Assembly: GCA_002483445.1 (NCBI GenBank)
Contig: DLHY01000007.1
Span: forward strand, 86,114 to 150,113
Length of the DNA: 64,000 nucleotides
Direction: 5' to 3'
Source of the DNA: Blastocatellia bacterium UBA7656
GTDB taxonomy: Bacteria > Acidobacteriota > Blastocatellia > UBA7656
The position numbers were made by a program, and so were the translations under genes. Numbering within the stretch: the stretch's first letter is position 1; every line of letters starts with the position of its first letter. Shown here one piece after another: positions 48,873-62,998 of the stretch. The notes under the pieces were generated by a model. That model did not search any database. It was not told the origin of the DNA and saw only the letters and a program-made list of their open reading frames with translations.

Positions 48873-49478
48873 TCACTCAAAAAATGTCCGGCGGCCTTCC
48901 ACTCGAAACCCTTTGCTGAGTACGCGCCCGACCGCTTCCGCATAAATCCGGTGTTCCTGTTTGAGAATGCGGGCCGAGAGAGTTTCAACCGTATCGTCGT
49001 CTCGAACCTCGACCGGCTGCTGGAGGACTATCGGGCCATGGTCTAGCTCTTCATCCACGATATGCACGGTGCAGCCCGTCACCTTCACGCCGTATTCGAG
49101 CGCCTGACGTTGCGCGTCGAGTCCGGGGAAAGCGGGCAGAAGCGATGGATGGATATTGAGAATGCGGTTTTTGAATTCCCGCACGAACAGAGGACTGACC
49201 AGTCGCATGTACCCGGCGAGGCAGACGAGTGCGACGCCTCGCCGTTTGAGTTCCTGGGCCATCTCGCGGTCATGTTCTTCGCGCAGTCTTCCTTTGTGAT
49301 TGATGAAGAGGGTTTCGACTCCGCGCTCAGTAGCTCTTTCAAGTCCCGCAGCGGTTTCGATGTTGCTTATAACGAGGGCCGCTTCAGCCTCAAGGCGGCC
49401 CTCGCCGATAGCGTCAAGGAGCGCGACCATATTCGACCCGCGGCCTGAGATGAGAATGCCTATTTTCGGTTTTGTCAT
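48873..49478 (-). CDS. purN: Phosphoribosylglycinamide formyltransferase
   Basis: ISGRGSNM, CLAGYMRL, NIHPSLLPAFPG, GCTVH.V...DHGPI, EHRIY. Confidence 0.96.
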   Translation of the reverse strand: MTKPKIGILISGRGSNMVALLDAIGEGRLEAEAALVISNIETAAGLERATERGVETLFINHKGRLREEHDREMAQELKRRGVALVCLAGYMRLVSPLFVREFKNRILNIHPSLLPAFPGLDAQRQALEYGVKVTGCTVHIVDEELDHGPIVLQQPVEVRDDDTVETLSARILKQEHRIYAEAVGRVLSKGFRVEGRRTFFE

Positions 49479-49593
49479 CGTGGGCCGAAAATACCTCAGT
49501 GGCGGCTGCGTCGCAAGTGAAAAGGCAAAAAGAACCCTGTATGCGAGCAAGGCGTGAATGCCCACTTTTGCCTTTTACCTTTTTACTTTTGCC

Positions 49594-52383
<2,790 letters not shown>

Positions 52384-52531
52384 GATTTTGCCTCCTGAGC
52401 CTACTGTCCGGCGAAAAAAGTTCGTCGGCGGTTTGTAAACTTAATCATGACTCGACGCGCCGTGTCTACGTCTGGCTTGCAAAGAACGTGTGCTTGCCAC
52501 GCGAAAGCAAAACAAGTATCTTTTATCCGCG

Positions 52532-54637
52532 ATGGAGCCTGACCAGTTTCCTGCGGATGACAGATTGAGCGTGACAGACGATCCGGGTGAGCTTGAAGTT
52601 CTGGTTCGCCGGTCGGATGAAGACCTCGCCCTGTTCGATTCGCAGCGCATAGTCGACGCCCTCGTTCGCGAAGCCAGCATCGACCGAGACCTGGCGGCGC
52701 AAATAGGCAAGGAAATAAAACAGGTCATACACAAGCTCGGCCTTCGCACTCTCAGTTCATCTCTCATACGCGGACTCGTAGACGCAAAGCTCCTGGAACT
52801 CGGACTTGAAGAAGCGCATCGCTGGCACACGCGACTGGGAGTCCCTTTTTATGACGTCGACCGGATGATGCACAGCGCGCTGCGAGAATCGACTTCGCAC
52901 CCGTGCGGCCCTGAAGGCACAAGCCTGATGCTGGCCGAATCGATCAAACGCGAGTACGCCATCATAAATGTCTTTTCCGATCAGATCGCCAACGCTCATC
53001 TCGTCGGCGATATTCATATCTCTGCCATAGGCGCAATCGACCGCCCTTACAGCCTGATTTCCGCCATCGATTATATAAAGCAGTTCGGCATCACTCTGCC
53101 GCAGGGGTTTGCAAACTCGCGGCCCGCCCGCCGCGCCGAAGTGCTGATCGCGCACCTGGTAAAATTCTCAGCCGCGCTGCAAGGCTATCTCGCAGGGCCT
53201 GTCGTCTGGGACTCGATCAATTTCGCGCTCGCGCCGTTTTTGACCGACCTCGATGATCGCGCGATGAAGCAACTGGCGCAGACTCTCGTCTTCGAATTCT
53301 CCGCCCCCGCCGTAGCTCGCGGCGGGCAGGTCATACTTGCGGATTTGCATCTCGACTGGGACGCGCCTTTTTATTTGAAAGAACGTCAGGCCATCGCCGC
53401 CGGAGGGCAGAAATTAGAAAAATCTTATGGCGAATTCACGAACGAAGCTCATCGCTTTCTTCAGGCTTTGCTCGAAGTCTACACGGAAGGCGACGGGCAG
53501 GCGCGCGCGTTCGTAACTCCGCGGCTGACGCTTCACATCAATCGACACTTCAACGAAGTGTCGGGCTATCGCGGAGTGCTTGAGCTTGCGAGCCGACTGG
53601 CCGTCGGGCGCGGCGGGCTGACAGTGGCGTTTGATCGCGATGATGAAGGGACGTTTTTCCACCGCTATGGGATCGAGGATGAAAAGGGAGTCAATCGGGC
53701 CGAAAGTCACGCGCTGCGCTCGGCCCAGTTTCAAGTCGTCGCGCTCAACCTCCCGCGAGTCGGCTATCTGGCGGGCGGCAATCAGGTAAAAGTATTCGAA
53801 GAGCTTACGCGATTGATGGAGACTGCCGCTCAGGCTCATCTCGAAAAGCGCGTGTTTCTGGAAAAGCTTCTCGCGCTCGGAGATCGCGGGCCGCTGGCAG
53901 TGCTTTCGACTAAAGCCAGCAACGCGCAGTTCCTCCGTCTCAGTTGGACTACTCACGCGATAAGCATCTGCGGATTGAACGAGCTTTGCCGCGCAGTGCT
54001 TGGCTCGGATTTGCACCAGTCGAAAGAGGCTATGGACTTCGGCCTCAAGGCTCTCACTCACATTCATCACGAAGCCGAGCGACTTACGAATAAACACAAG
54101 GTCAGATTTTTATTGAGCGGTCAGCCGGGAGGCGCGGTCGCGCATCGTTTCGCAAAACTCGATCTGCGTTTCTTCGGCGAGATGGCTGAAAGCGTGATAA
54201 ACGGAAACCCGCAGACGGAAGCGGCCTACTACACGGACGGAGCGCGGCTGTCATCGAGCGGCGATGTGTCGATCATGGATCGCGTGCGGGCGGAAGGGAT
54301 TTTTCATGAGTTCGGGTTCGTCGGCGCGGCGACTGAAATATGGATGGGCGAAGAGGCTCCTGAGCCTGATGATATTGGGCGATTGATCTCGCAGGCATTT
54401 TATCAATCATCGTGCGCGGGTCTTGTCTTCTGTCCCGAATTCACGATCTGCTCGGCCTGCAATCACATTTCACACGGGCTGAACCGCCTCTGCCCGGAGT
54501 GCGGCTCTGATCGCCTTGACGGATTCGCTTACGCGGGCGACCGCTACGGGTTGACCTCCGCTTGGGACGCAAGCCATGTGACTGAGCTTCGCGAAAGAAG
54601 GCGCGTGATCGGCGGAGAGATAAACGTGAGCGGGTGA
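52532..54637 (+). CDS. ATP-cone + class III ribonucleotide reductase (NrdD)-like protein, probably catalytically inactive
   Basis: ATP cone (VRRSD..FD..RIVDALVRE), AHLVGDIHI, VARGGQ, LNLPR, GLNE, AHRFAKLD, YYT, CSAC/CPEC; the RxxGY radical motif is absent. Confidence 0.85.
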   Translation: MEPDQFPADDRLSVTDDPGELEVLVRRSDEDLALFDSQRIVDALVREASIDRDLAAQIGKEIKQVIHKLGLRTLSSSLIRGLVDAKLLELGLEEAHRWHTRLGVPFYDVDRMMHSALRESTSHPCGPEGTSLMLAESIKREYAIINVFSDQIANAHLVGDIHISAIGAIDRPYSLISAIDYIKQFGITLPQGFANSRPARRAEVLIAHLVKFSAALQGYLAGPVVWDSINFALAPFLTDLDDRAMKQLAQTLVFEFSAPAVARGGQVILADLHLDWDAPFYLKERQAIAAGGQKLEKSYGEFTNEAHRFLQALLEVYTEGDGQARAFVTPRLTLHINRHFNEVSGYRGVLELASRLAVGRGGLTVAFDRDDEGTFFHRYGIEDEKGVNRAESHALRSAQFQVVALNLPRVGYLAGGNQVKVFEELTRLMETAAQAHLEKRVFLEKLLALGDRGPLAVLSTKASNAQFLRLSWTTHAISICGLNELCRAVLGSDLHQSKEAMDFGLKALTHIHHEAERLTNKHKVRFLLSGQPGGAVAHRFAKLDLRFFGEMAESVINGNPQTEAAYYTDGARLSSSGDVSIMDRVRAEGIFHEFGFVGAATEIWMGEEAPEPDDIGRLISQAFYQSSCAGLVFCPEFTICSACNHISHGLNRLCPECGSDRLDGFAYAGDRYGLTSAWDASHVTELRERRRVIGGEINVSG

Positions 54638-54766
54638 GCGGAGTGCGCGGAAGAATGGGAGAGTGGGAGAATGGGGGAATGGGTGAAAGAAAAGATCAGG
54701 CGAGCGTGAGTAATTAAGATATATCTCCCACTCTCCCATTCCCCCATTCTCCCACTCTTTACAAAG

Positions 54767-55291
54767 ATGCCATCAGCTAACACACATGATTTCATAACCA
54801 TACTGCTGGTTCCGCCAGCGGTTGCTGCCGCTTATTATTTCACTGCTGATTGGACTCTGACTCTGATTGCGACAGGGGCTATGGTCTTCGGCGGTTTGAT
54901 GTTCGGGCCTGACCTCGATATCCAAAGCCGTCAGTATGCCAGATGGGGGCCGCTTCGCTTTTTGTGGTGGCCTTATAAAGCGATGCTGCCTCATCGTTCG
55001 TGGCTCTCGCACAGCATTCTTTTCGGCACGCTGATTCGCGTCGTGTATTTTCTCGTAGTCGTCACACTGATTGTGGCTGTGGGGCTGTATGTGAGGGATG
55101 TGTACGTGAACGGGCAGCAGTGGGGGGCGGGCGAATTGAAAGGCGCGCTGGCGAGAGTGTGGGAGATAATCGCGCCGATCAAACGAGATTATTTGATCGC
55201 GGCCTTCGCGGGGCTGTGGGTGGGCGCGTCTTCTCACACGGTGGCTGACGTACTCGGATCGTTTTTCAAGAGCGTGCGAAAATCCATCTGA
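54767..55291 (+). CDS. DUF2227 family metal-binding membrane protein
   Basis: MPSANTHD, FGPDLDI, WGPLRFLWWPY..HRSWLSH, SHTVAD. Confidence 0.85.
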   Translation: MPSANTHDFITILLVPPAVAAAYYFTADWTLTLIATGAMVFGGLMFGPDLDIQSRQYARWGPLRFLWWPYKAMLPHRSWLSHSILFGTLIRVVYFLVVVTLIVAVGLYVRDVYVNGQQWGAGELKGALARVWEIIAPIKRDYLIAAFAGLWVGASSHTVADVLGSFFKSVRKSI

Positions 55292-55461
55292 CTTTGATTT
55301 TTCTGCGACCTTTTTCCTGCCGCGCGCACCAACACGACAGACACAGGGGCGAATTGTAAAAAACTTGTAAAAGCGCCTGTGAATATCGAACTTTCAGTGG
55401 GAACAGCCGTTAAAAGGCTCAACCAGTGGACGCTCATTACCGAGCCGGGAAGGAGAAGACA

Positions 55462-56163
55462 ATGCTGAATGCTGGGAAAACAAAAAGCATAATGCTGGGA
55501 ATGGCTTTTGCGGTGGTGAGCCTCGCTTCCGTTTCTGTGACGATTAACTGGAGCGCGAGAGGACAGGCGGCCCTAAGTGCGTGGGATGAGATGGCGGGGC
55601 TGTTCGCCTTCGGCTATCACCCGGTCAGCGCGAGCGAGTGGGCGGCGCTCAACAACACCATCGAGCCTATTTGCCCCGAATCGGATTTACCGGGCCGTCA
55701 GTTATTGGCGGCGAATCGCGCGAGCGAGTGGGCGGCGCAGTCAAAGGAGTCGAATAAAATTATGACTGTGAAAATCGTCCCTGTTCGTAAACAGAGCCGC
55801 AAGGTAAAAGCCCCCACTGTTATCGCGGCAGTGAGCAGAGAAACCATCAGCGATGAATCCCTCGGCCCTTTCGGGAGTGATTCGGAGTTGCCCGTTTACA
55901 ATGTGGATTTCGCCGAACTGGTGAGCTTCGAGCAGGCGGCTGAGGTCGAGGAATTCACCGCTCGCGCAAGCGTGATAGCCCAATGCGAAGTCGATCTCAT
56001 ACACGCATTGCGAGCGCGCGAATACGGATTGAGAGTGAGAACCGCTTTCAGAACAACTCCGGCCTTCGTCGTGGAAAGGCCCGCGGGCTGGATCGATTTG
56101 GTACTGAAACTGCGCCTGCGAAAAGACGCGGTAACACCCGCGCCTGTGACTTGCGGGCCTTAA
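55462..56163 (+). CDS. Hypothetical exported or membrane-anchored protein
   Basis: AGGAG SD, N-terminal hydrophobic stretch, terminator-like hairpin downstream. Confidence 0.6.
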   Translation: MLNAGKTKSIMLGMAFAVVSLASVSVTINWSARGQAALSAWDEMAGLFAFGYHPVSASEWAALNNTIEPICPESDLPGRQLLAANRASEWAAQSKESNKIMTVKIVPVRKQSRKVKAPTVIAAVSRETISDESLGPFGSDSELPVYNVDFAELVSFEQAAEVEEFTARASVIAQCEVDLIHALRAREYGLRVRTAFRTTPAFVVERPAGWIDLVLKLRLRKDAVTPAPVTCGP

Positions 56164-56177
56164 ATTCTTTGTGCCTG

Positions 56178-56211
56178 AAAGAGCGCGATCAGATAAGTAT
56201 TGCGCTCTTTT
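56178..56211 (+). terminator. Possible intrinsic terminator
   Basis: AAAGAGCGC...GCGCTCTTTT hairpin after the stop at 56163. Confidence 0.5.
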
Positions 56212-56420
56212 GGGTCAAAGCACCCTGCCTTCTGAAACCACACATCAACACAGCACGATTCGCACGCCTTCTCCATAATCAATCGATAATTCAAAGATCA
56301 TACCCCGGCATCGCCGCACAAAAATCTCATCGCTTCTGAGCCATTTTTTTTGGCTTTTCCGCATGAAGGGTTGAAAGAAGCCAACCAGGCTTCATTGGAA
56401 ATACTACCCAGGAGGATGAG

Positions 56421-58595
56421 ATGGAAAGGAAACCCAAATGGCAATCTTTGATCGCCGTGAGCGTGATTCTGTCGCTGCTCGTATTGACGACCATCGCTGG
56501 ATCACACGCCCTTAACTTCAATCACGAAGAACTATCGTTTCAAGGTGGAGCTATTGAAACGATGGCGAATGTTTCTATGGAGCAGACCTTGCGGCCTCGA
56601 ATCCAACAGGCTTATGAAAAGTCGCCGCTCAGATTCGAAGCCAATCTCGGCCAGTTCGACACAAAGGCGAAGTTTCTCTGTCGCGGCAAGAATTACAATA
56701 TGTTCCTGACTTCTACCGGAGCCACGATCAATCTCAGGCCGGGATCGGAAAGCAGTACAAGAGAACTCATCTCGATGCGAATCGTCGGAGGGAATACGGA
56801 AGCGACAGCCGAAGGACTCGAACAACTCACAACCGTGAGCAATTACTTCATCGGACGTGATCCTTCACAGTGGCGTTCGAACGTGCCAAATTACGCGATG
56901 GCGCGTTTTCATGATGTATACCCCGGCATAGACCTGCTCTACCGAAGCCTCGATCAGTCGGTCTAGTATGACTTCCTTCTGGCTCCCGGAGCCGATTCCA
57001 GCCGGATACGTTTGGCATTCGACGCAAAGGGCGAGGTTCGAATCGATGACGAGGGCGATCTGGTCATCTCGACTTCCCGTGGAGACATACGCCATCATAA
57101 GCCTGTGATCTATCAGGAAGCCGACGGAGTCCGTGAGCAGATTGCAGGGCGTTATGTGATGGTCGGAAAACAAACCGTAGGCTTCGATGTCGGAGAATAC
57201 GATTCCACGAGGGCGCTCATAATCGATCCGGTGCTGACCTATTCGACTTATCTCGGCGGAAGCGGTTCTGATTATCCGCACGGAGTAGCCGTCGATTCGA
57301 GCGGCAACGCGTACATAACCGGAGAAACCGATTCAACCAACTTTCCGCTCGCCGGCCCCATCCAATGGCAGAATGCGGGAGAGTCGGATGCGTTCGTGAC
57401 CAAGCTCAACGCCGCGGGTACGGCGATCATCTATTCGACTTACATTGGGGGCAACGCTTTCGACACCGGGTACAGCATAGATGTAGGCGCGGGCGGAGAT
57501 GCATACATCATGGGATCTACGACGTCGCAGTATTTTCCTACGACTCCGGGCGCATTCGATCAATCATTCAACGGCAACTATGATGTGTTCGTCACAAGGT
57601 TGAATGCAAACGGGAATGGTCTCGTATATTCGACGTTTCTGGGAGGCAACAGTTACGAGGCCGCCTGGAGGATCAGAGTCGCGTTCGGCACCGCTTACAT
57701 TGCGGGGCAGACTTTATCGGTCGATTTTCCCACGACTCCCGGAGCTTATGATCGCTCCTTCAATGTCGGCTCCGATCCGCTCAATCCTCCGGCAGAAAGT
57801 TTCGCCGTAAGGTTGCAGCCGATGGGCAATGCTCTGGTCTTCAGTACGCTGCTCGGCGGATCTTCTTTTGATCATGTCAACGATATGACCGTTGATTCCG
57901 GCGGCAATGTTTATGTGGCGGGAGAAACGCAATCGAGCGACTTTCCGACCAAAAACAGCTTCGACGGATTTTTGAGCGGAACGAGCGACGGCTTCGTAAC
58001 CAAGCTCAACTCATTCGGCAGCGCATTGGTTTACTCGACATATCTCGGAGGCGGCAGTTTCGATTCCGCTTTGGGCGTGACCGTCGATGGCGCAGGAAGC
58101 GCATACGTTACGGGCCGCACTCAGTCAAATAACTTCCCCGCAACGTCAGGCGCTTTCGACACTACGGCGAACGGTTCGGGCGACGCATTCGTGACCAAAC
58201 TCGGTCCCGGCGGCGCAACTCTCATGTACTCCACTCTTTTGGGAGGCAGTAACAACGACGTTGGGGTGAGAATAGTCGTCGACCATTTGGTGACGGCTTA
58301 TGTTGTAGGCTCGACGCTGTCAAACAATTTTCCGTTCACGCCTGACGCTTTGGACAAGTCCAGCGGCACGAATGCCGAAGCGTTCGTAGCAAGGATAGAT
58401 TCGGTTGGCAGTTCTCTGCTTTATTCTTCCTACATCGGTGGCAATGGGTTCGATCTCGGCGCTGATCTCGTGCTGCGAAACGGCAATGTATACATAATAG
58501 GAAGGACAGATTCCTCGAACTTTCCAATCACTCCGGGCGCAGCGGATTCTCAGTTAGTGGGAACAGATGGCTTCGTCATGAGGCTCGGTTTCTGA
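56421..58595 (+). pseudogene. Exported SBBP (beta-propeller) repeat protein with one in-frame TAG at 56964-56966
   Basis: The two track ORFs share a frame (offset 591 bp); FEANLGQ, SNYFIG, VYPGID...*YDF..APGAD, IDPVLTYSTYLGGS and repeated YSTYLGG units. Confidence 0.85.
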
Positions 58596-58597
58596 AT

Positions 58598-58645
58598 AGT
58601 GAAAAAGGCGCGGAGAGCTTAAAAGAGTCTCCGTGCCTTTTCACT
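58598..58645. terminator. Bidirectional intrinsic terminator
   Basis: AGTGAAAAAGGCGCGGAGA...TCTCCGTGCCTTTTCACT between convergent genes. Confidence 0.7.
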
Positions 58646-58677
58646 CTCACAGCGATGAGTTATTCGAAGCTCCGCGC

Positions 58678-61050
58678 TCAAACCAGCGCCGCCTTGAGCG
58701 CCTGCCGGACGGATTCGACGAAAATAAAATTCATCTCTCTCAATAACTCTTTCGGCACTTCATCCAGATCGCGGCGGTTCTGCTGAGGCAACACGACTGT
58801 AGTTACGCGGGCGCGGCGCGCAGCAAGCACTTTCTCTTTTATCCCTCCGACCGGAAGCACATTTCCTCTGAGGGTTATCTCTCCCGTCATCGCTACCGAA
58901 CGCTTGATCTGCCTGCCCGATAGCGCGGACACGAGAGCAGTCGCAAGGGTTATTCCCGCCGAAGGGCCGTCCTTAGGTATCGCTCCTTCAGGCACATGAA
59001 CGTGTATGTCGAACTGGCTGAATTTCTCCGGCGCGATGTTCAACTCTTCCGCCTTCGACTTCGCCCACGAGAGCGCGGCCTGAGCCGATTCCTTCATCAC
59101 CTCGCCAAGCTGACCTGTGAGTTGCAATGATCCTTTCCCCGCTGTCAGCAACGCTTCGATGAACAATACATCTCCGCCCGCAGGCGTCCAGGCAAGCCCC
59201 GTAGCCACCCCTACCTGATCCTTCTTCAAAATTTCTTCCGGTCTCGCATGAGGCACTCCCAGAAATTCATGCAGATTGTTCACCGTCACGCGCACAAGTT
59301 TGTTATCGCCTTCCGCCACACGGCGAGCGACCTTGCGGCAGATGGTCGCTATCTCGCGCTCGAACTGGCGAAGACCTGCTTCGTGAGTGTATTGAAGAAT
59401 GATTCCCTTCAGAGCAGTCCGGCTTATCGCGAGATGACGCGAGGTGATGCCGTGCGCTTCCATCTGTTTCGGGATTATGTGACGGCGGGCTATCTCGGCT
59501 TTTTCCTCTTCGGTGTAACCGGCAAGGCGTATGAGTTCCATGCGGTCGCGGAGCGCCGGATGAATCGTGTCCAGCACGTTGGCTGTGGTCATAAACATGA
59601 CGTTCGACAGATCGAACGGCACGCCGAGATAGTTGTCGCGGAATGAAAAATTCTGCTCAGGATCGAGAACTTCCAGAAGCGCCGATGAGGGATCGCCCCG
59701 AAAATCCGATCCGACCTTATCGATCTCATCGAGCATGATGAGCGGATTATGCGTTGCGGCCTGCTGAAGCGATTGAATGATTCTTCCGGGCATAGCTCCT
59801 ATGTATGTCCGACGATGGCCGCGAATCTCTGCTTCGTCGTGAAGTCCTCCGAGGCTGAGTCGCTGAAACTTGCGGTTCAATGCGCGGGCTATCGAACGGC
59901 CAAGACTCGTTTTGCCAACTCCGGGCGGGCCTACGAGACAAAGTATCGGGCCTTTCACTTTGTCTTTGAGTTTGCGCACGGCGAGCGATTCGACTATTCG
60001 CTCTTTGACCTTATCAAGCCCGAAATGATCTTCATCGAGTATGGTCTGAGCGCGCTTGAGGTCGAGATTTTCTTCTGACTTAAAAGACCACGGCAGATTC
60101 ACCATCACGTCGAGATAATTGCGAAGTGTGGCGGCTTCGGCTGCGTCCGGGTGCATACGCTCAAGCTTGCGGATTTGCCGTTCGACTTCTTCTTCTACCT
60201 CTGCGGGCATTCGGGCCTGAAGCATCTTCTCCCGATACTGGGCGATTTCTTCAGCCAGTTCGTTGCCCTCGCCAAGCTCAGTTTGAATGGCTTTGAGTTG
60301 CTGACGCAGATAAAACTCGCGCTGCGAGCGATCAAGCTCGCCTTTGGCCTGGGTGTTTATTTCCTGCTGAACGAGCAGGACTTTGATCTCGCGGGCGAGA
60401 AGCTCGTTGACCTTGCGAAGGCGATCCGCCGGGTCGAGTTTTTCAAGCACGCTCTGCGCGTCTGAAACTTTCAGTTCCAGGTTCGAAGCCGCGACATCAG
60501 CCAAACGACCGGGGTCTTCGAGGTTGGCGACTATCGCCATCACTTCCGAAGAGATGTTTTTGCCGAGCGTTATCGCGCGCTCAAGCGAAGAGCGCACGTT
60601 GCGAATCAGAGCTTCAAGCTCAAGCTCGTCGGTGTCAGGCTCGGCGTCTGAAAGCGGCTCGATGTGCGCGATGAGATGAGGCTGATCGTCCTGATAGCGA
60701 GCCACTCTTGCGCGCGTGAGTCCCTGAACGAGGATGCGCAGGCGACCGTCGGGCATCTTGAGCATTCGCATGATGACGGCGGCTGTTCCGTAATCATAGA
60801 GGTCTTCGCCGAGAGGTTCTTCTTTTTCCAGATCGCGCTGGGCTGCCAGCATGATCATGCGCGATTCGACCAGAGCCTGCTCGACTGCGCGCATGGATCG
60901 TTCGCGCTGCACGAAGAGCGGAACGATCATGAAAGGAAAGATGACTATATCGCGGAGCGGAAGCACGGGGAGCGAATCGGGGAGTTTGAGCGGCTCCTCG
61001 TCTGAGGTGATCTGCACATCCGGCAATTCCAGATTTTCGAGTGATGACAT
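58678..61050 (-). CDS. lon: ATP-dependent protease La (LonA)
   Basis: [41 protein letters not shown]. Confidence 0.97.
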   Translation of the reverse strand: MSSLENLELPDVQITSDEEPLKLPDSLPVLPLRDIVIFPFMIVPLFVQRERSMRAVEQALVESRMIMLAAQRDLEKEEPLGEDLYDYGTAAVIMRMLKMPDGRLRILVQGLTRARVARYQDDQPHLIAHIEPLSDAEPDTDELELEALIRNVRSSLERAITLGKNISSEVMAIVANLEDPGRLADVAASNLELKVSDAQSVLEKLDPADRLRKVNELLAREIKVLLVQQEINTQAKGELDRSQREFYLRQQLKAIQTELGEGNELAEEIAQYREKMLQARMPAEVEEEVERQIRKLERMHPDAAEAATLRNYLDVMVNLPWSFKSEENLDLKRAQTILDEDHFGLDKVKERIVESLAVRKLKDKVKGPILCLVGPPGVGKTSLGRSIARALNRKFQRLSLGGLHDEAEIRGHRRTYIGAMPGRIIQSLQQAATHNPLIMLDEIDKVGSDFRGDPSSALLEVLDPEQNFSFRDNYLGVPFDLSNVMFMTTANVLDTIHPALRDRMELIRLAGYTEEEKAEIARRHIIPKQMEAHGITSRHLAISRTALKGIILQYTHEAGLRQFEREIATICRKVARRVAEGDNKLVRVTVNNLHEFLGVPHARPEEILKKDQVGVATGLAWTPAGGDVLFIEALLTAGKGSLQLTGQLGEVMKESAQAALSWAKSKAEELNIAPEKFSQFDIHVHVPEGAIPKDGPSAGITLATALVSALSGRQIKRSVAMTGEITLRGNVLPVGGIKEKVLAARRARVTTVVLPQQNRRDLDEVPKELLREMNFIFVESVRQALKAALV

Positions 61051-61061
61051 TTATTTTGAAC

Positions 61062-61526
61062 CTATCTGACGCGACCTGTGCGCACGAGCGATTTCAATTC
61101 GCTCATGAATTCCGAAACATCCTTGAAGTCGAGATACACGGACGCGAATCGGACGTAAGCTACTTTGTCCAGTTCCTTGAGGCGACGCATGATCATCTCG
61201 CCCACTTTTTCGGTCGAACGCTCGCGGTCGCGCGACTCCTGAACGTATTTTTCTATCGAGTTCACAAGGGCCTCTATCTTCGACATCGGGATAGGGCGTT
61301 TTTCGCAGGCTTTCAACACGCCCGCCATCACCTTCTCGCGGTCGAAAGGCTCTCGCCGTCCGTCTTTTTTCACAACCATGTAAGGTATCTCATCGATCCG
61401 CTCGTAGCTCGTGAAACGACGCTCGCACTTGAGACATTCGCGGCGGCGACGGATGACATCGCCCTCGCGGCTCTCGCGCGAGTCGACTACCTTATCTTCC
61501 AGATGCCCGCAGAAAGGACATTTCAT
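61062..61526 (-). CDS. nrdR: Transcriptional repressor NrdR
   Basis: [33 protein letters not shown] cone, [10 protein letters not shown]. Confidence 0.97.
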   Translation of the reverse strand: MKCPFCGHLEDKVVDSRESREGDVIRRRRECLKCERRFTSYERIDEIPYMVVKKDGRREPFDREKVMAGVLKACEKRPIPMSKIEALVNSIEKYVQESRDRERSTEKVGEMIMRRLKELDKVAYVRFASVYLDFKDVSEFMSELKSLVRTGRVR

Positions 61527-61640
61527 AATCGATTCCCTCGTGATGGGTGATGGGTGATAGGTGATGGGGGATAGGAAAAGAGATGATAAATGAGTTGTCT
61601 GACTGCCACCCATTACCCATCACCTATCACCCATCACCCA

Positions 61641-62729
61641 TCAGACTGCCACCTGCTCTTCGTTTTCCTTTTCCTGCTCAAGGAGGCTGAGTTTATCCAC
61701 TTCTTCGACCTGACTCTCTCCGACGCTGCGAAGTCGGGCGAGCGAGAGGCCGTCTTTCAGAATATAGAACATGCCGAACAGAGTCGCGGGCGCGAATATG
61801 ATCAGATGCAGAATGATCGCGACCGAAGCGGCTTTCATCGATGCGACTCCGAGAAAGGTCAGAGCGGCTGCTGTTGCCGCGTGAAACGGCCCCGTAGCTC
61901 CGCCCGGAGTGGGGACTATCGAGCCGAGCATCGAAAGCCCCATCACGAAAACCGCGCCCGTGAGCGGAACCTGAGCATAAGGGATATCGAACGCCCGCAC
62001 GACTAAAAGATGCGCGACCGATACCATAAGCCATAGCAGAACGGTGTATGAAAGAGTGATCGTCAGGCTCCTCAGATCGTGCAGCACGGCCAAACCTTCG
62101 GATATGTGAAGCAGCAGGCTCAACACCGCTCGTTTTACAGGGCCGGGGAGCCAGTTCAGTTTCTGATCGAGAAAATCCAGCGCGCCTTTTCTGCGCCGAC
62201 GGAAAACCGACAGCCCGTAGATGCCCGCTATCGATGCCATAAGCATCAGCACGCCGATGGCTTTGATCAGTCCGAACACCCGCATCGCTTCCGCGTCCGT
62301 CGAGGTGTATTCGAAGAAGACGAGATTGGCCGCGAAGAAAAAAACCACCATCACCATATCGAATACGCGCTCTATCATCACGGTCGCGTAGCTGGCCGAT
62401 GGATGAATTTTCTCTTTGACCGAAAGCACAGCCGGACGGACTATCATCTCGCCCGCCCGCCCCATCACGAAGAGGGCGGAAAAACCTACGACCGTTGCCC
62501 GAAACAGTCCTCTCAACGGCGGCCTCGCCATAGGTTCGAGCAATGCGCGCCAGCGAAGCACGCGGACGAAATAAGTGCCGACGAAAAGTGAGACGGCAAG
62601 CGCGAGCATCTCCAGATTGGCCTTGCGCGCTTCCCGCCAGACCTCTGCCCAGTCAAGCTTATGAGCGAACCAGTAGACGAAGGCGGCTCCAAGCGCGATG
62701 CTCAGAATGGTTTTGTACCGGGTTTTCAC
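61641..62729 (-). CDS. Lysylphosphatidylglycerol synthase TM/flippase-like membrane protein (UPF0104)
   Basis: RVLRWRALL, GRAGE..R, ERVFD, PTPGGATGPF. Confidence 0.85.
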   Translation of the reverse strand: MKTRYKTILSIALGAAFVYWFAHKLDWAEVWREARKANLEMLALAVSLFVGTYFVRVLRWRALLEPMARPPLRGLFRATVVGFSALFVMGRAGEMIVRPAVLSVKEKIHPSASYATVMIERVFDMVMVVFFFAANLVFFEYTSTDAEAMRVFGLIKAIGVLMLMASIAGIYGLSVFRRRRKGALDFLDQKLNWLPGPVKRAVLSLLLHISEGLAVLHDLRSLTITLSYTVLLWLMVSVAHLLVVRAFDIPYAQVPLTGAVFVMGLSMLGSIVPTPGGATGPFHAATAAALTFLGVASMKAASVAIILHLIIFAPATLFGMFYILKDGLSLARLRSVGESQVEEVDKLSLLEQEKENEEQVAV

Positions 62730-62998
62730 AGTGTAGGTTTCAGTCCTCGTGTTATACTCTTCCCGAAATCATGGACAAAAGTTTGACATCTTGAATCGCC
62801 ATGACCTGCGCGGCACAACCGGTTGAGTCGAGCGGGGATTCTAGCACAAAGCTTAGACCCTTCGCACGCTTTCACGCTCGCTGGCGGCGAAAGGTCTAAC
62901 TTGGTGAAACATCAGGCAACGCAGTCTCGTTAAGCGAGTTTGGACGACTTTACCTTAGAAGGCAGCGTCTAATCTTTGATTTAGCGGGAAGGCGACCA

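Noticed and set aside
52400..52531. NrdR box upstream of the nrdD-like gene
   Set aside because: No convincing match to the NrdR-box palindrome by eye.
56964..56966. Pyrrolysine or recoded TAG
   Set aside because: TAG is a normal stop for other genes here (for example 8850, 34463, 43096), no pyl genes are visible, and one substitution from GAG explains it.
62945..62972. RpoE-like autoregulatory promoter (CGACTT...CGTCTAA) before the ECF gene
   Set aside because: Plausible, but a single imperfect match and an ordinary feature even if real.
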